Under the pieces are notes generated by a model. The model was not told the DNA's origin, ran no database searches, and saw only the letters and a program-made list of their open reading frames with translations. This document shows, piece by piece, positions 23,101-36,008 of a stretch of 64,000 bases of DNA (position 1 is the stretch's first letter; every line of letters begins with the position of its first letter). The position numbers were made by a program, and so were the translations under genes. The DNA is from Acanthaster planci (lineage: Eukaryota): assembly GCF_001949145.1 (NCBI RefSeq), contig NW_019091356.1:3764934-3828933 (forward strand), given 5' to 3'.

Positions 23101-26100
23101 GGGAGCTTGTGTAGCTGTCTGTCTAGGAGGTAATAGCAGGTATTGTGTGCATCACGTCATCTTTGCAACCACACGTAGACCTTTCAGTGGCATTTTCGTG
23201 TGACACTACCAAGGGTTTTTGTTTCAGTTGAATGGAAGGACGTGTTGTTGTGGCTGGGTACAACGTTCAAACACGTTTGGCTCAATAAATTACGTCCAGC
23301 AGTCGACGTGTTTCGCACAGTGCTGCAAGCACACAAAAAAAATGGGTTCTGACTGAAAATATGCCCAGTTGCTTTAAGTTATTGTAACTTTCTTGTGCTT
23401 CACATAATAATGGAATTGGAAAAAAAAATGGAGTCAGATTTTTTAGTTAAATGGTTCATCAAAGGATCGGGTGTAAAATATGGTACCTCTGGTCACCTAT
23501 GAATTCTAAAATGAGAGACACAAAGCCTCACTCTGTCCTGATACTACCTTAATCAATATCTTCAGACTCTGCTGAGGGTAAAATTTTTAGAAATAAAACT
23601 GTTTATACATGAGTATTGTGTTACCCTTGGTTTCCATCTCAATTTCTGTTCACAAAGCCGCCTGGTGGACCAGGAGCTGGGCATTTCCTGAGGACTTGCC
23701 AAGATAGAAATTGATATTGTTTGACTTTGTTGCTGGTTGTTGAAATGGTAGTCTTTGACCTTGTTTCCACATGAGATGAAATCAATATTTCACGAACAAG
23801 GTGTACATTCTTTGGGAGGTTTAGAAATTCAAGAGACTAGGGTATCAAATTGTGAGTCCGTTTGGCTACTTGTGAATTGAATGTCTTACAAAATATGCCT
23901 TTGTTTCTAGGTGAAGCAAGCATTTGAATTACACTTGAAAAAATCCCAATATGTAGTTTACGATAGGCCACAATTTCAACCTTTATAACTTATTCAGAAG
24001 TCTCAATTTTTCTTATTTTTGTTATTCTTTTCCTCACTTTCAGATCTTCTCAGCCCTTGTCAAAAGTAGATTATGCCAAATGTAAGTGTGACCGCTTTTC
24101 CCCCCCCTAAACCTTTTCTTATACATGTTCCAGTACTTCAAGATTTACCTGTGAAATATCGTTCAAACCACAGTTTATATATGAGACACTCGCCTCTCAG
24201 TCCCAAGTACAAAACAGCTTCTTCAGCTAAAGGACCATAATTCAATACCACTCAGCGACGGTTTTCCTCGTCTATAATTCCCATTGACATCTTTCTCAAA
24301 GAGTCACTTGAGTCACAGTCCGGCTGGCCAAGGAAGTGATACACCCGGCCTCTTTTCGTTCATTTCTTCCCCGCATCAATAAGATGCTCTGCATACAGAC
24401 TGCTCACAGAGCAAACAGTAAATTATGGATTTTCGTATAGTCAGCCTTGACATCAAGTTAATGGAAGGGGAAGACGGTAGGGCATTGGAGGCCCATCCAT
24501 AATTTATTTTCCGTTTGTGATAACGTGTCGAGTCCTTAAGTGGTTGTAAATCATGAGACCGTTTTATATACATGTATTAGAAACAGGTTGCAAGCCATGC
24601 AGGAAAAACTGTGTTGGACCATATCAATAAGTGTGAAATGGGAACATATGTTCATGTCTCATGCTCGAGATCGTAGCTGTTTGGGCTGGAATTCTGGGGG
24701 AAAAAAGTGGAAAACAAAAATCACATCTGTCTCTTGTAAAACAATCATTTGATCAGATGCTCAACTTTTGTACAGCTCATTTTTGGCATGCGAAGTCTTA
24801 GATTTCTGAACTCTATAGTGACTGATGAAACTTAACCATATTTTCAGGAAGTCATGCACGTTAAAAGATAGTTAATTTGATTTTGTGATTCCCTCTCTCT
24901 TTTCTCAGAGAATGGTCGGAGAGAGCACCCCCAGAAAACATTGTCAGGGTTTTACTGTGCCTTCGAATGTTATTGAGAGACCAAGCCTACCAGGTAAACC
25001 TCTCCCCTTTGGAAATGTCTCCTAGATTGTTTTAGACAGCCCCTTCTTCTTTAAAAGTCTTGGCTCCCGTGTCATTTCACCTTTCAAAATTCATTACTTA
25101 AGTCTCTGTCTCTGTTCTTTTAAGGTGCCCTGGGTGGGACACCTTAAAAATCTATACCTTCAATCAATACTGCATTCACCCATGACTGATTTTATTATTT
25201 TTTGTTAATGTACCCCGTGACTGTACACTATCAAATACCATTATGAAATCCCCCAGCCTTACATGAAGTTTTCCTGGCAGAATGACCTTGTCACAGAAAA
25301 TAAATTAGGTTAAGTCCATGAGTCATGCTGCGAGCATTCTTTTCTATTTTCCCCGTCTGAAATTTTAATGGAGAAAGTCTGGGAACAGAGACTATATTCA
25401 ACATGTGTGTGGAAGCTGTTCCAGAAATTAAACTAACAATGTGAAACCAGTCCTGTTTTAGAGACCGTAAGCAATATTGACGCTCATTCATCTCTTGTCT
25501 ATAATGATAATAATGATAATAACATTTATAAAGCTCATTTTTCCAAAGGTTACAATGCGCTGGGAAAAAGCAACTGCAGGAAAGTAAACCAGGTGCTAAG
25601 ACAAAATAAGTGGGAGCAGATGACCCAAACCTAGAGTGGAAACAGATGAGATTTAAGTTTACAATTGAACTGTTGTAGGGAGTTGCAGTTACAAATACTA
25701 AGAGGTAATGAGTTCCAGCATCTGGGTCCAGCAACAGAAAAAGCCCCGTCTCCTACTTTTTTGAATGTACGTGGTATTTTTAGATTGATGCAGTCTGAGC
25801 CATCTCTCCCTGGCTTGCGCAACTTCATTAGTAACAAACATGGGATTTTTACCTTTCAGCAGTGTAAAGATAATGATCCAGACTGTTGTAAGCTCACAAA
25901 GGACAGGATACTGTCCCATAAGCCTCAGTGGCCTCATTATTGAAGTGTTCTGCTTTTAATCATGATCTGTTTATCTTTGTTTTTATCGCTAGAAAATTCT
26001 GTTCAAGTCGGAGGGTGTGAAAGTACTGTCTGAGGTAAAAATCATCAAATTGTTATTTAATTTGAAGCCAGCGGCTTGACTTTGAAAAGTAATTTTAGTT

Positions 26101-29100
26101 TTGATTTGATGTCGTTCGTTAGTTGGCTATTTTCACAAGTGGATTGAGGTATGCTCGGTGGTCATTTTGCCCAAATGATGTGGATTTTTCTGTGTCTCTT
26201 TTTCATCTTGGTTTTTCTTTTTTTGTTTTCTTTTTTCTTTTAATTGCATCAATATTCAAAAGTGTTTTAGAAGTGTAAGTTGTAAATGTATAATGATGTG
26301 TTCAGTTGTTGAAATATTATTGTAATTTCATTTGACGTCACCCTAGAAACTGCATATAGCAACAGAGAGCTACCTCAGGAATGGACAACAACCGTTTATG
26401 GTGGATATCCTCAAGGAAATGACCAGTGAGTTAGAAATTCTCCACTTTTCCTTAAATTATAGTAATCATTTAAACTATTCATTGAGCCATTGGTTTATAT
26501 TGTTAGACTTTGCATATTTTATTATCTTTGTCTTTTCTTCTTTCAGACATTTTCCAGAAATTGGCAAGTGATGAGAAACAGCGAGAGCTGCTCATCGCGT
26601 ACGGGGCACACAAGGTTTGTTTTATCATGCGCATAGTCTTCATTGTTCAAACCATTTTGAACTCTACAAAACTAAGCTCATGGCTTTTTTTCTTTCATCG
26701 TGGTTTAAAAAAAAATCTATTGTTGCCTGTGAGGATTTTTCTTCAGAACTCTGACTGAACATAGATGTAAGGCCATGTCCGAAACGCACTTCCAGAGCTA
26801 CAGCTAGGGCTATTGTCTGCGCATCTCCAAGCATTTCCAATGGAGCGAAGACCTAGGCCTAGCTCTAGACAAGAGATTCGGATGCAGCCTAAATCTTGTT
26901 TGCATTTGTTTCTTTTCACAGCCACTAGTGTTACTACTATCAGCCAGTGATGTACTGGTGCTGCACTGTTCACTTTATGCACTCATTAGTATAGCGCAGA
27001 GGTGAGTTACCCACTTAAACCCCTGCCCTCCCCAATCATTTCAACTATCAAATTCCTTCAGAAAAATCTGTGAAGTTAAGTAGAGGAAGAGTACCTTTTT
27101 TTAATAAATTTCAAATTCCTTAAAGGGTTTATCGGCGCTGTGTAAGCGAAAGACTAATGCAGGTTGTGTTTTTGTGTGCGTGTCTGTCTTTGCCAGCCCC
27201 GAGCCGAGAGCTGTGATTGGGGAGTTGGACTGCATTGAGACCCTACTCAGAATCATCCAGGAATACGACATGCTGTCCAAAAAGTAAGTGGCCAATGACA
27301 AGCGAAAATGAAGTTGGAGTCAGCAGCTGAGTCTGTCTTCTGGACCATACTCTTCTCACCGTTACTCTAGCAGTCACAGCTTTCTTTGGATTCCTTTGTC
27401 TGTCTGTTTACCTGTGCACAGGTTGGCGGCAGTCTTACTGAGGACCCTGTGCCTGGAGAGTCAAGTCAAGGAACAAGTCAAGATTTGTGATGGCGTCCCA
27501 GTCCTACTCAGTGTCTTACACTGTGACAACATCAAACTGCTCTTAGATGTGGTAAGTTCATAAATGAACGCACTAACCTGGTTACACTATCATGGTTATT
27601 CTCAAACTCTGTAGGCATCGGTGTGCATATTTATTTAGTGAATTTTTTCCAAATCCTACACAGGAACTTCTGCCGTCCTGATTGATCTTGAGGGATCTAG
27701 GAGTTAATTAAATTTGTGCTTAAAGCCTGGGTAATTGGATAGGTTTTGATTTGTAAAATTTCTCTCTGTTTGAAATCAATGATACTGGTGATCTTTGTAA
27801 GGTTACCACTCCATACTCAGCACAGAGTGTAACGTATAGAGCCAATTCTTGTCTTTTCAGGTGTGGTGTATAGTCTTGCTTTCTGGAGACTTGGACACAA
27901 GCAACGATGTCCGAATCATGGGTGGTATTCCTCTGCTGTTGTCGTTACTTCAGTAAGTCGACATTCAACGTTCTCGGCGACATAATGATCGATCGATGGA
28001 GTAGGTCGTACATGTATATCAATAAGTATCAAGAATTTCACAAATAAATATTTGATTCTGATTGAATTCGTTTGGTTTCTTTGCCAGGGGTAAACATTTC
28101 ACGACAGACCGTATGGCAACAAGCAGCCTGCCCAGTGCCAGCTCGTCTGGACGAATACATTCCTTGAATTTTCCCGAAGAAACGGTTAGTTCTCAAAGTT
28201 GTGGGAAAATGTTGACCAGTTTCTCCCACTAGCTCAAGATGGTTGCCATTCCTCGATTTATTTCCTGACAGTGCCAGTCATCTCGACAGTTAGGTACTTA
28301 AGGATCAGTTTGGAGTAAACAGAATCCACAGGGTTCCCAAATTTTTGTCCCAGAGTTTGAAGCTGAGAATTTTTGTTTGTTTGTTATATCGCAGGAAGAA
28401 GTGCAGCTGTCAGATATATTTACTCTACAGTCAGGTAAGACCATTTTCCCCCGTCAAGCCAACCTTTAAAATCTTGAAAGCTGCTCACAAATTTCGTCAC
28501 GTCTGAAGTTAACGATGTAGTCTCAACAGAATTATGAGAAACACCATGCTTTTATCTGTCCTTGCAGCTTGCTGTTCAGCCTTAACAGAACTTGTACTGA
28601 ATGACACCAACGGCCAGCAAATTGTACAGGTAGATTGATTGCTTGTCCATCGATCCTGATGATTATTGCCTTTTATTTGGGTGAAAAAATAAGACGGAAA
28701 CATTCCGACGTTTGAGATTGTTTGCACTTTGTTTTCTAGTTGCAGTTTTTTTGTTTCTCTGCAGAACAATGGTATTTATTGCCTTGGGATGTTGATATTT
28801 CCAAGAGCAACTACAAGCTCAAGGGAAGCCGAAGCAATGACCAATTTACAGGTTTGTAAACTTGGACTTTAAGACTCTACAAATGACAGATTTAAATGAT
28901 TATATTATATATCAAGATCACTTGTCAATGTGTGAGCTCTTGTCAGTAAGCTAAAAATTCAAAGACGAATGCCGTTTGAAGGATTAAGTTTTGGGGGATC
29001 ATTTGCAGAAAAATGCATTCCGGACGCTGCGTTTCCTGTTCAGCATGGAGAGGAATAGACAGATGTTCAAGCGGCTCTTCCCTCCGGACCTCTTTGAGAC

Positions 29101-32100
29101 GTTCATTGATGTGGGGCACTACGTGAAGGACATCAATGCGTACAATTCTTTGGTGACACTGGTCAACAGCCTGGCTGTAAGTTATCTTGTCTTAAAGAAA
29201 AGCAGGACGTTTACTTCCGTCTGATAAAGTTTGGATGCTTGCGATGTTCGGGGAGATCTGGTGTACAGTTTCAATTCATGTCGAGTCAACAAGACCGTTT
29301 GAAAAGTAATTTATTCTCTGCTTGCATTTACAAGGTACAATTGAAAACTGATTGTAAAAGGGGACAGCCATTCCACCTCAGACCTATTTTCCATTTAAAT
29401 GATTCAGAGAGAAGTGCCCACCAAGCTGTTTTCAGAAATTCAAAATTCTTCCACTCTGTCCTCTTGAGCATTTTTTGATCTGTCACGAACGAAGACATTT
29501 TTTATACAAGTGTTAACGTGATCAGCTCTTGTGAACAAACATGTTCATCATTGGTAATAGAAAAGGTTCTTTCCAACAGGATGAAAAGGTTCAAGAGATC
29601 CAACTGACATTTCAGGAAGTCAATCAGAACAAGGAACCTTCGAAATTAATCTCAGGCTACCTGGTCTATGAGCATCTCGGCACAGGAGCATTCGGCAGTG
29701 TCTACAAGGTACAGATATGAACCCTTACTTCCCCTACTTCGCCTTATGCTGTTACTCAGATGCTTGTTTGTTGTGTATCTTAAGATTCTCTGTCAATCAA
29801 CCCTTCATCAATTTGATCCTGGTGATAACAGGTGAAGAAGAACACAGGGGAGAATTTCCTGGCCCTGAAGGAGATTCGCTACAACAACCCAGCCGTTGGG
29901 AAGACGGTCAAGGAGAAGGATAAGAGCATTGATAGCATCGTCAGTGAGCTGTCTATCATCAAGGAGCACCTCCGACATCCTAACGTTGTTCGTTACTACA
30001 GGACATTCAAAGAGAGTGAGTAGAAGACGTCGGTTTACCAGTTTTGGGGCTGAAATCCCTCGGATAATGAACTGAGCGAGCTGCAAGCAAACGTTACAAG
30101 TAAAAATTAATCCCAGCGGAGGATGTTGAGATTTTGAGATAAAGGAGCTCTTTCTAAACAACTGGGCTGATTTAAGATAAATCGCACTTTGATATCTGTC
30201 ATCATCCCAGACGAGAATCTGTACATCGTGATGGAACTGATAGAGGGCGCCCCACTCTACGAACACTTCAACTCTCTCAAGGAGAAAGGGGAGCAGTTCT
30301 CGGAGGAGCGCATCTGGCACATCTTCCTGCAGATCGTCCTAGCGCTGCGGTACCTGCACAAGGAGAAGAAGATTGTCCACCGAGACTTGACACCCAACAA
30401 CATCATGCTGGGGGAGAACGACAAAGTCACAATCAGTGAGTAGAATGGGTCTAGACCTTTCACAACGGAAGCCAAAATCACCTGTTGGCCTCTTTTATAT
30501 CTTAGTACCAGACTTTCTCCCACTCCAGGGTGTTTTCAAAAGGAAGCCCTCTTTTGAAAATCTTGTCAGTCTCTGAAAACTGCTTTGTTAAAATTCCACG
30601 ATATGCATGTGACTCTTCTTTGATTTTTTTTATAGCTGACTTTGGCCTTGCGCGACAGAAGCAACCAGATGCCAGCAAGATGACGTCAGTGGTTGGGACC
30701 ATCCTGTACAACTGGTAAGCAATCAAGTTGTTATTTTTAAAAAATGACTGGTATTCACTGTGAAGTGTATTCCTGTCACAGGAAATTTACTGCTTCTATC
30801 ATTTTGAGGAGGGTGGTATTTTTAAGTCTCGCTGACTTTAATGTTCAAGTAAACAGTTTCCTTAGAATTCCCAGATTTTTTCTCAAATGAGAGAATCGGA
30901 GTGCAGATTTAACTGCCAAATCAGACTTCTACTATTGCATGGGCAAGTCAAAAAGACAGTTTGAATACCAAGTGACCTCTCTGCCAATCTTTGACCTTAA
31001 GCCCCGAGATCATCCAGAATCAACCCTACGGCGAGAAGGCTGATGTCTGGGCAGCTGGCTGCATCCTGTACCAGATGTGCATGCTGAAGCCTCCCTTCTA
31101 CAGCTCCAACATGCTGGCGTTGGCGAGCAAGATCGTGGAGGCCGACTATGAGCCCATACCCGCAGACAAGTACTCCCCGCTCATGATATCCACCATCAGA
31201 CAGTAAGAATCGTTGTTAGAACTTCCCGAATTCGGTGCTTCAGTTGGTATTTGTGGCAATGAGGGTTGACGACATGCAAGAGAAGAGAGTCAGATTTCCA
31301 AGTATTTTTGCAAGTTGCTTGAGAAGCATAAATGTTTATGTTGAGTTATCATGCTTTTACTCTATAGTGCACTTTGTGAGGAGGTCTACTTGACATTTGG
31401 CAATGAATTAAAGACACCTGTTTACTACCCTTTTTGGGAGGAATTCTATGGAAAAAAATTCACGGATAAAATCTGCTTTCTTTGGAATTCAGTCGTCTGC
31501 CTAGTGCAAAGGGGTGTTTGTCCAGGTTGTCTTGAGGATTGTTGAACCTTATTTTCCCAGGTGTTTGACAGCCGATCCAGACAAGAGGCCGGACATCGTC
31601 CAGGTGGGTGGCCTGATAGCCGACATCATGATGCAGAACATGGACGCGCTCAGAACTAACCAGATCAGCTTGGAGAAGAAACTAGACCGGGAAAGGAAGA
31701 GGACGCAGAGGTGAGATGGACGTGTAGATCTGGGATGTCTAGTTTTATTGGCACCTATGTTATCTGCAACTTGAGAAAGCGACCAGCAGTTGATTTGATG
31801 TCACTAAGAATTCTAGTAGTCAAAACTTGATGTCCGTGTGCCATTTGGTAACCAGAACGTCGGGTGACCATTAAATTTGTCTTTTTCTCCCAAGACACCA
31901 CAACGAGGCCACCAAGAACATGCAGAACTACCACCGTCTCTTCTTGGCATCGCAGGAGAGGTACGACAAGCTGGCAAACCTGGCCGGCAGCGGTGGGGCG
32001 TCCAGCATCAAGAGTGACTCTGACTCAAAGTAAGGAGATGTCTAGAATCTCCCTGATTTTCAACCTGTCTCCAAAACGTTACAGGCGTAGAACTAATGTA

Positions 32101-35100
32101 TGACTGGGGTCTTGGACAACTCGAAAAAACACACAGTAGCCTAAATCTGATTTGCTTTCAATCACAGCGACGTCTTTGAATCCAGCGACGAGCAGCCCCC
32201 GCCAAACCGACCCCACCACATCGGACTGAACGGCAGCAGGTCACGGTACGGTCTTCACGACACAGACAAGAGCGTGGGTGAGTATTTGGCCGTACAGTTT
32301 GAATCCCTCCCCCCCCATCAAACAAAGAATCAGTGAGACTGAGTCAAAGTTGTCATGCCTGTGCTTAGCCTGTTGGTGTTTTTTACCCACATGCTCTCTG
32401 TATTCAGTTAGATATCGGATTCAGGTACATACAAGTGAAATGGAAACTGTCTTTTGAGACTCCATCAGTTGGACTCTGTCCTATTGGTTTTCTTTCAGGA
32501 GTCATAGTCGGACCATTTACTCACACCATGCCTTTGAATGTCTTTGTTCTTTGCTTTGTTTTAATCAGAGAGCGGTATTGAGGAAGATGATTCCTGCCTC
32601 GGCTGTGATAGCCTGGACTCCAGTGGTAGCAGCTCCGTCCTTGGTAGGTTGTTGTCATACTTCTCTGAATTTTTTATTTCCATTGCTACTTCATCATCTC
32701 CTCATGCTGTCTACCTGTGTCTGGATATGACTAGTCATCAGTCTAACTGGAAAACTGACCATTTCTTTAGTGTGTGCGATGAACTGTCTTTTTTTGTCAT
32801 GCACTCTTACGCTCGAACACCCAACACGCAGTGAAAATTTCTGCTGTAGAATAGCAGATTGAGAAATGCCGGCATGATTTGCGTTTGCTGTGTTCTCACC
32901 ACTTTTGCCATCTGACCTTTTAACCACCACCCCCCTCAACTCTGCCCCACTCTGCCCCTTTCAACCCCCTACATCAGGTTCCAGCCTCAACCTCAGTTCC
33001 AGTCAGAATCGGGGCACGTTTGCTGTGCCCCGCCCGCCGACAGTTGCCAAGAGCAGTAACGGTGGGATGCGATCCCTCACGGTTGATGTGCAAGGTGTGT
33101 GCTAGTCGTGTCACTGATACAGTCTTCCTTGCCTCGTACTTTTCTCAATTAATAGTTGTCTCACCATTTCTCATCTCAAGTTTGATAGCAGTTTGAAAGT
33201 TCAAGTTGGTTTTATCACATCTATTATGCCTCACAGATATGTGCATGCGTCCAGTATTTCTCACATGCCAGAGTGTTTAGATTAATTGCTCAAGTAATGT
33301 TTAAGGCTCATAGCACAGGATGGCACATTGCTTTCTATTGTCTCGTGTTATGCACCTGCCACCATCAAAACCTGTTATTAATTGAAGAGGAAATGATCTC
33401 GTTTCACCAACATCGTAATTGGCATCACCTGCTTGAGTGTAATTTGCAGTAAAAAGGTGTATATTCAGTTAAATACTATGGAACACCATCAAGAAGTTTT
33501 AAAAAAGTAAGAATAGTGCAGCATCAACCAGTGTGTCGTTATTTGTCATCTATGGTTAAAAAAAAATCAGCGTTAAGCACACCTTGTTTTGTGTGGTTTT
33601 TCTCCTTCAGCCGTCAATCGTGCCCTAGCTCAGCAAGGCTTAGCCTCGCCTGCTGACACCGCGACACCAGTGACGGACCGAGGCCGGCTGCTGAGGTCAC
33701 AGAGTGGGTCGTTTCTGGAGACGCTGAGACGACAGTCATCCAATAGTGGGAAGCCTCGGCCACGTAAGTGTTCACTAGACACCATCCAAGGCCAAAGTTT
33801 AAGTGATACACCAAGCAAAGTACAACGCTCAGCCTGTTTTTGGGCCAAGCAGAAATGGGAGACAACCATTCTCAATAATACAGTTTTTCACTCCAGCCTG
33901 TGACCAGTTTTTGCTCAGCAAATATTTGCTGCTCTTAGCAACTTTCTTATGACAGACCTCACAGCACCCTCTTCAATCCTGCACAAACCTAATAGAATCT
34001 CTGTAGCAGCCGTTTCACATTCGTAATCTCAATTTCCCCCTCTGCCCATTCCCAGCCTCTGCGGCGCCCACCCTGACCATCTCCCCCCGCAAGGTGCGGC
34101 AGATCAGCGACCCTGTCCTCAAGATGCTGCACACCATCCACAAGATCATCTTCATCTGCCAGCTGCCGCCGACGCTGTCCCCCAACCCCCGCCGCAAGGT
34201 CATTGAGAGGTTCAAGAAGGCCCTCTTTGCCCCCCAGAGCAGCTCGGTCAACTTGAAGAACGAGCTCAAGAAGGTTGGTACACTCCACTCTTGCTCTTCC
34301 TCCACGTTTCCCTCTTCCCTTCGTCCTTGGGCTCTGATCTCATGGTTTCTCCTCTGAATTCAAGGTTTGTCTTGGAATAAGTTGATAAATTCCATCAGAA
34401 TCGTGGCTGACACTTGTGCCCCTAAGCAAGACACCATACTGCAGTTTCTTTGATCACGCCATTCTGTTCCTAAGAGGGTTAGTTGCTGTTTAGTCTGTAG
34501 TGTATGGACCTTCGTTGTCTTGGATTGTTTCGGACAGTCTAAGATTGTCACATGAAGGCCTTGGAATGTTACAGATTATTACATTAGCCTTACATTATCT
34601 TGGATAATCTGTTGTGGTCCTGGAGGTACCTGATATCTAATTCCCTCCTGGTCCACAGCTGGTTAACGGCTCCAAGGAGCTGATCGATCTCAACCTGTGC
34701 ACCACCGAGGCCTCGTACCTCCTGAAGCAGGCCAGTCACGAGGAGTCCCACATGCAGGTGTCGGGCGAGAAGCCCTCCATCGGAACCAGTCTTGACCCCA
34801 ACGACACCGAGATTGGCATCACCTACGAGCAGATGCAGAACTTCATTGAGAGCGTGCTGGTGGAGAGCGGGTACTACGCCATGTCGCCCAATGCAAGGTA
34901 AGGGGATTGGCAGTGCTTTAACTAAAACGATACAAAGGGAGGCGTGGTGCTAGACTGATAATTGGGGGAGGGGCTTCAAAGATTTTTGGAGGAGGTAAAA
35001 AAAAAATTGATATTTTTCGTAATTGAGTAACTTAGTCTCAGACATTTTGAGATATTAAAATCGGGGCAGGGGTTCCCATGAATTGGAAACTTTTATAGAA

Positions 35101-35517
35101 TTTGGTAGGTAGAATTTATAGGGTGCAAACCTTGGTGAAGATGAGTAACTTGTTGCACTGCTTTTGTGAAAGCATGACTAGCACTAGTGTACTTGCTCAA
35201 CAAGTACCAATTTACTTATGGAATCTTATGGAAGCTAAGCTACCCTAAAGTATGTCATCATTGCCTACTTTATTTGCCCACCAAAGTTGGTCGCTAAACC
35301 GTGATGATGAATATGCTCGGTTTGTTCTTACGTCTTCATATTCCCCCCTGTGTATTCATAAATCCTGATCCTCGTGTGTACAGCAATAGATGTTTCTGAA
35401 CTTATGAACCTCTGTTTTTGTGTCACTGACAGGAATCGGAGTATGCCACTGGGTCCAATCATCACCAGCCCACCCACACTTCGACGGAACAGCTCCTATG
35501 AGGTAGGATCAACCTAG
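20155..35517 (+). CDS. NEK10: Serine/threonine-protein kinase NEK10 (armadillo repeats plus central kinase domain), ~1186 aa
   Basis: 32 phase-consistent exons totalling 3561 nt: 20155-20198, 21698-21758, 21922-22061, 22583-22643, 24044-24081, 24909-24993, 25993-26034, 26347-26425, 26547-26614, 26922-27001, 27197-27283, 27422-27551, 27861-27952, 28088-28184, 28395-28434, 28568-28629, 28765-28851, 29009-29176, 29580-29708, 29832-30015, 30211-30435, 30636-30714, 31002-31202, 31561-31710, 31895-32029, 32168-32277, 32569-32643, 32978-33094, 33611-33763, 34056-34273, 34659-34897, 35433-35517. NEK10-typical motifs: MPSEDKK, LRFLFSMERNR, LGTGAFGSVYK, HRDLTPNN, DFG, GTILYNCPE, RKVRQISDP, GITYEQMQ. 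Confidence 0.96.
21377..21427. mobile_element. 51-bp palindromic piggyBac-like mini-MITE
   Basis: TTAA-CCCTGACACTCCTCAATCCTTCA-cctgc-TGGAGGATTGAGGACTGTTAGGG-TTAA. Confidence 0.7.
22981..22994. promoter_or_regulatory. RFX X-box in a NEK10 intron
   Basis: GTTGCTATGGTAAC matches the X-box consensus GTNRCY-AT-RGYAAC. Neighbouring DNA is relatively CpG-rich and has CRE-like motifs. Confidence 0.6.
25498..25837 (-). mobile_element. 3' fragment of a CR1/L2-group LINE
   Basis: Minus-strand peptide KVGDGAFSVAGPRCWNSLPLSI...QQFNCKLKSHLF, a typical ORF2 C-terminus. It is followed by a 3' UTR and a short (TTA/TCA)n tail near 25500-25522. Confidence 0.85.
26771..26889. mobile_element. PIF/Harbinger-type MITE (~120 bp)
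   Basis: Imperfect TIR GGCCATGTCCGAA ... TTCGGATGCAGCC with TAA on both sides. A second copy is at 38254-38374. Confidence 0.85.
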
Positions 35518-36002
35518 CCTGGGCCGGGGGACCAAAAGATGGAAGATTTGTATCAAAAGTTTTGGGGCCTGAACCACAAACAGGGAAGCTTCGGCAACGC
35601 GCTGTTCATGTACATACCACGAGAAATCTTTCAAATACAAAAAGACGGTTGATATATTGACATTCTGGAAAATATACAGATTAGTAAATCTGGAATTTTG
35701 CATGTGATGATTATTTAAGTTGAAGTGGATTTTAATTGACGCCACCACTTTTCAAGAGATGGAAATCTTGGTCAAACTTGTCTGAAGTCAGTATTAGTGC
35801 CGTACAGGAATGGGCAAATGGATCAAACGTTCAGAAACATCTGTTTTGCTGAATATGGCATGTACAAAACCAAACTCTATATTGCATAAAGAAAAGACAG
35901 ATCTATTGGAAAATCTATATGAAACAGAGAATTTATTGTAAATTTGGTAGTTTTGATTGCTGGCGCATGTGGTTGTTAAACTATATATCTCATCTTCCGT
36001 CC

Positions 36003-36008
36003 AATAAA
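36003..36008 (+). terminator. Candidate NEK10 polyadenylation signal (a distal alternative is at 38093-38098)
   Basis: AATAAA downstream of the stop codon at 35517. Confidence 0.35.

Noticed and set aside
29808..30320. Long antisense ORFs over NEK10 and SENP exons (also 33989-34305 and 43579-44093)
   Set aside because: They are shadow ORFs caused by high GC3 codon usage in the real exons.
30378..31010. Non-canonical kinase motifs HRDLTPNN and CPE as signs of a pseudokinase
   Set aside because: These are normal NEK10 family features.
32408..32424. Possible 17-nt NEK10 micro-exon (cag|TTAGATATCGGATTCAG|gtac)
   Set aside because: It is not frame-preserving with the main flanking sites, and the exons join correctly without it.
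35503..35517. Alternative donor GAG|GTAGGA just before the NEK10 stop
   Set aside because: No convincing downstream coding exon was found, and the protein length already matches known NEK10.
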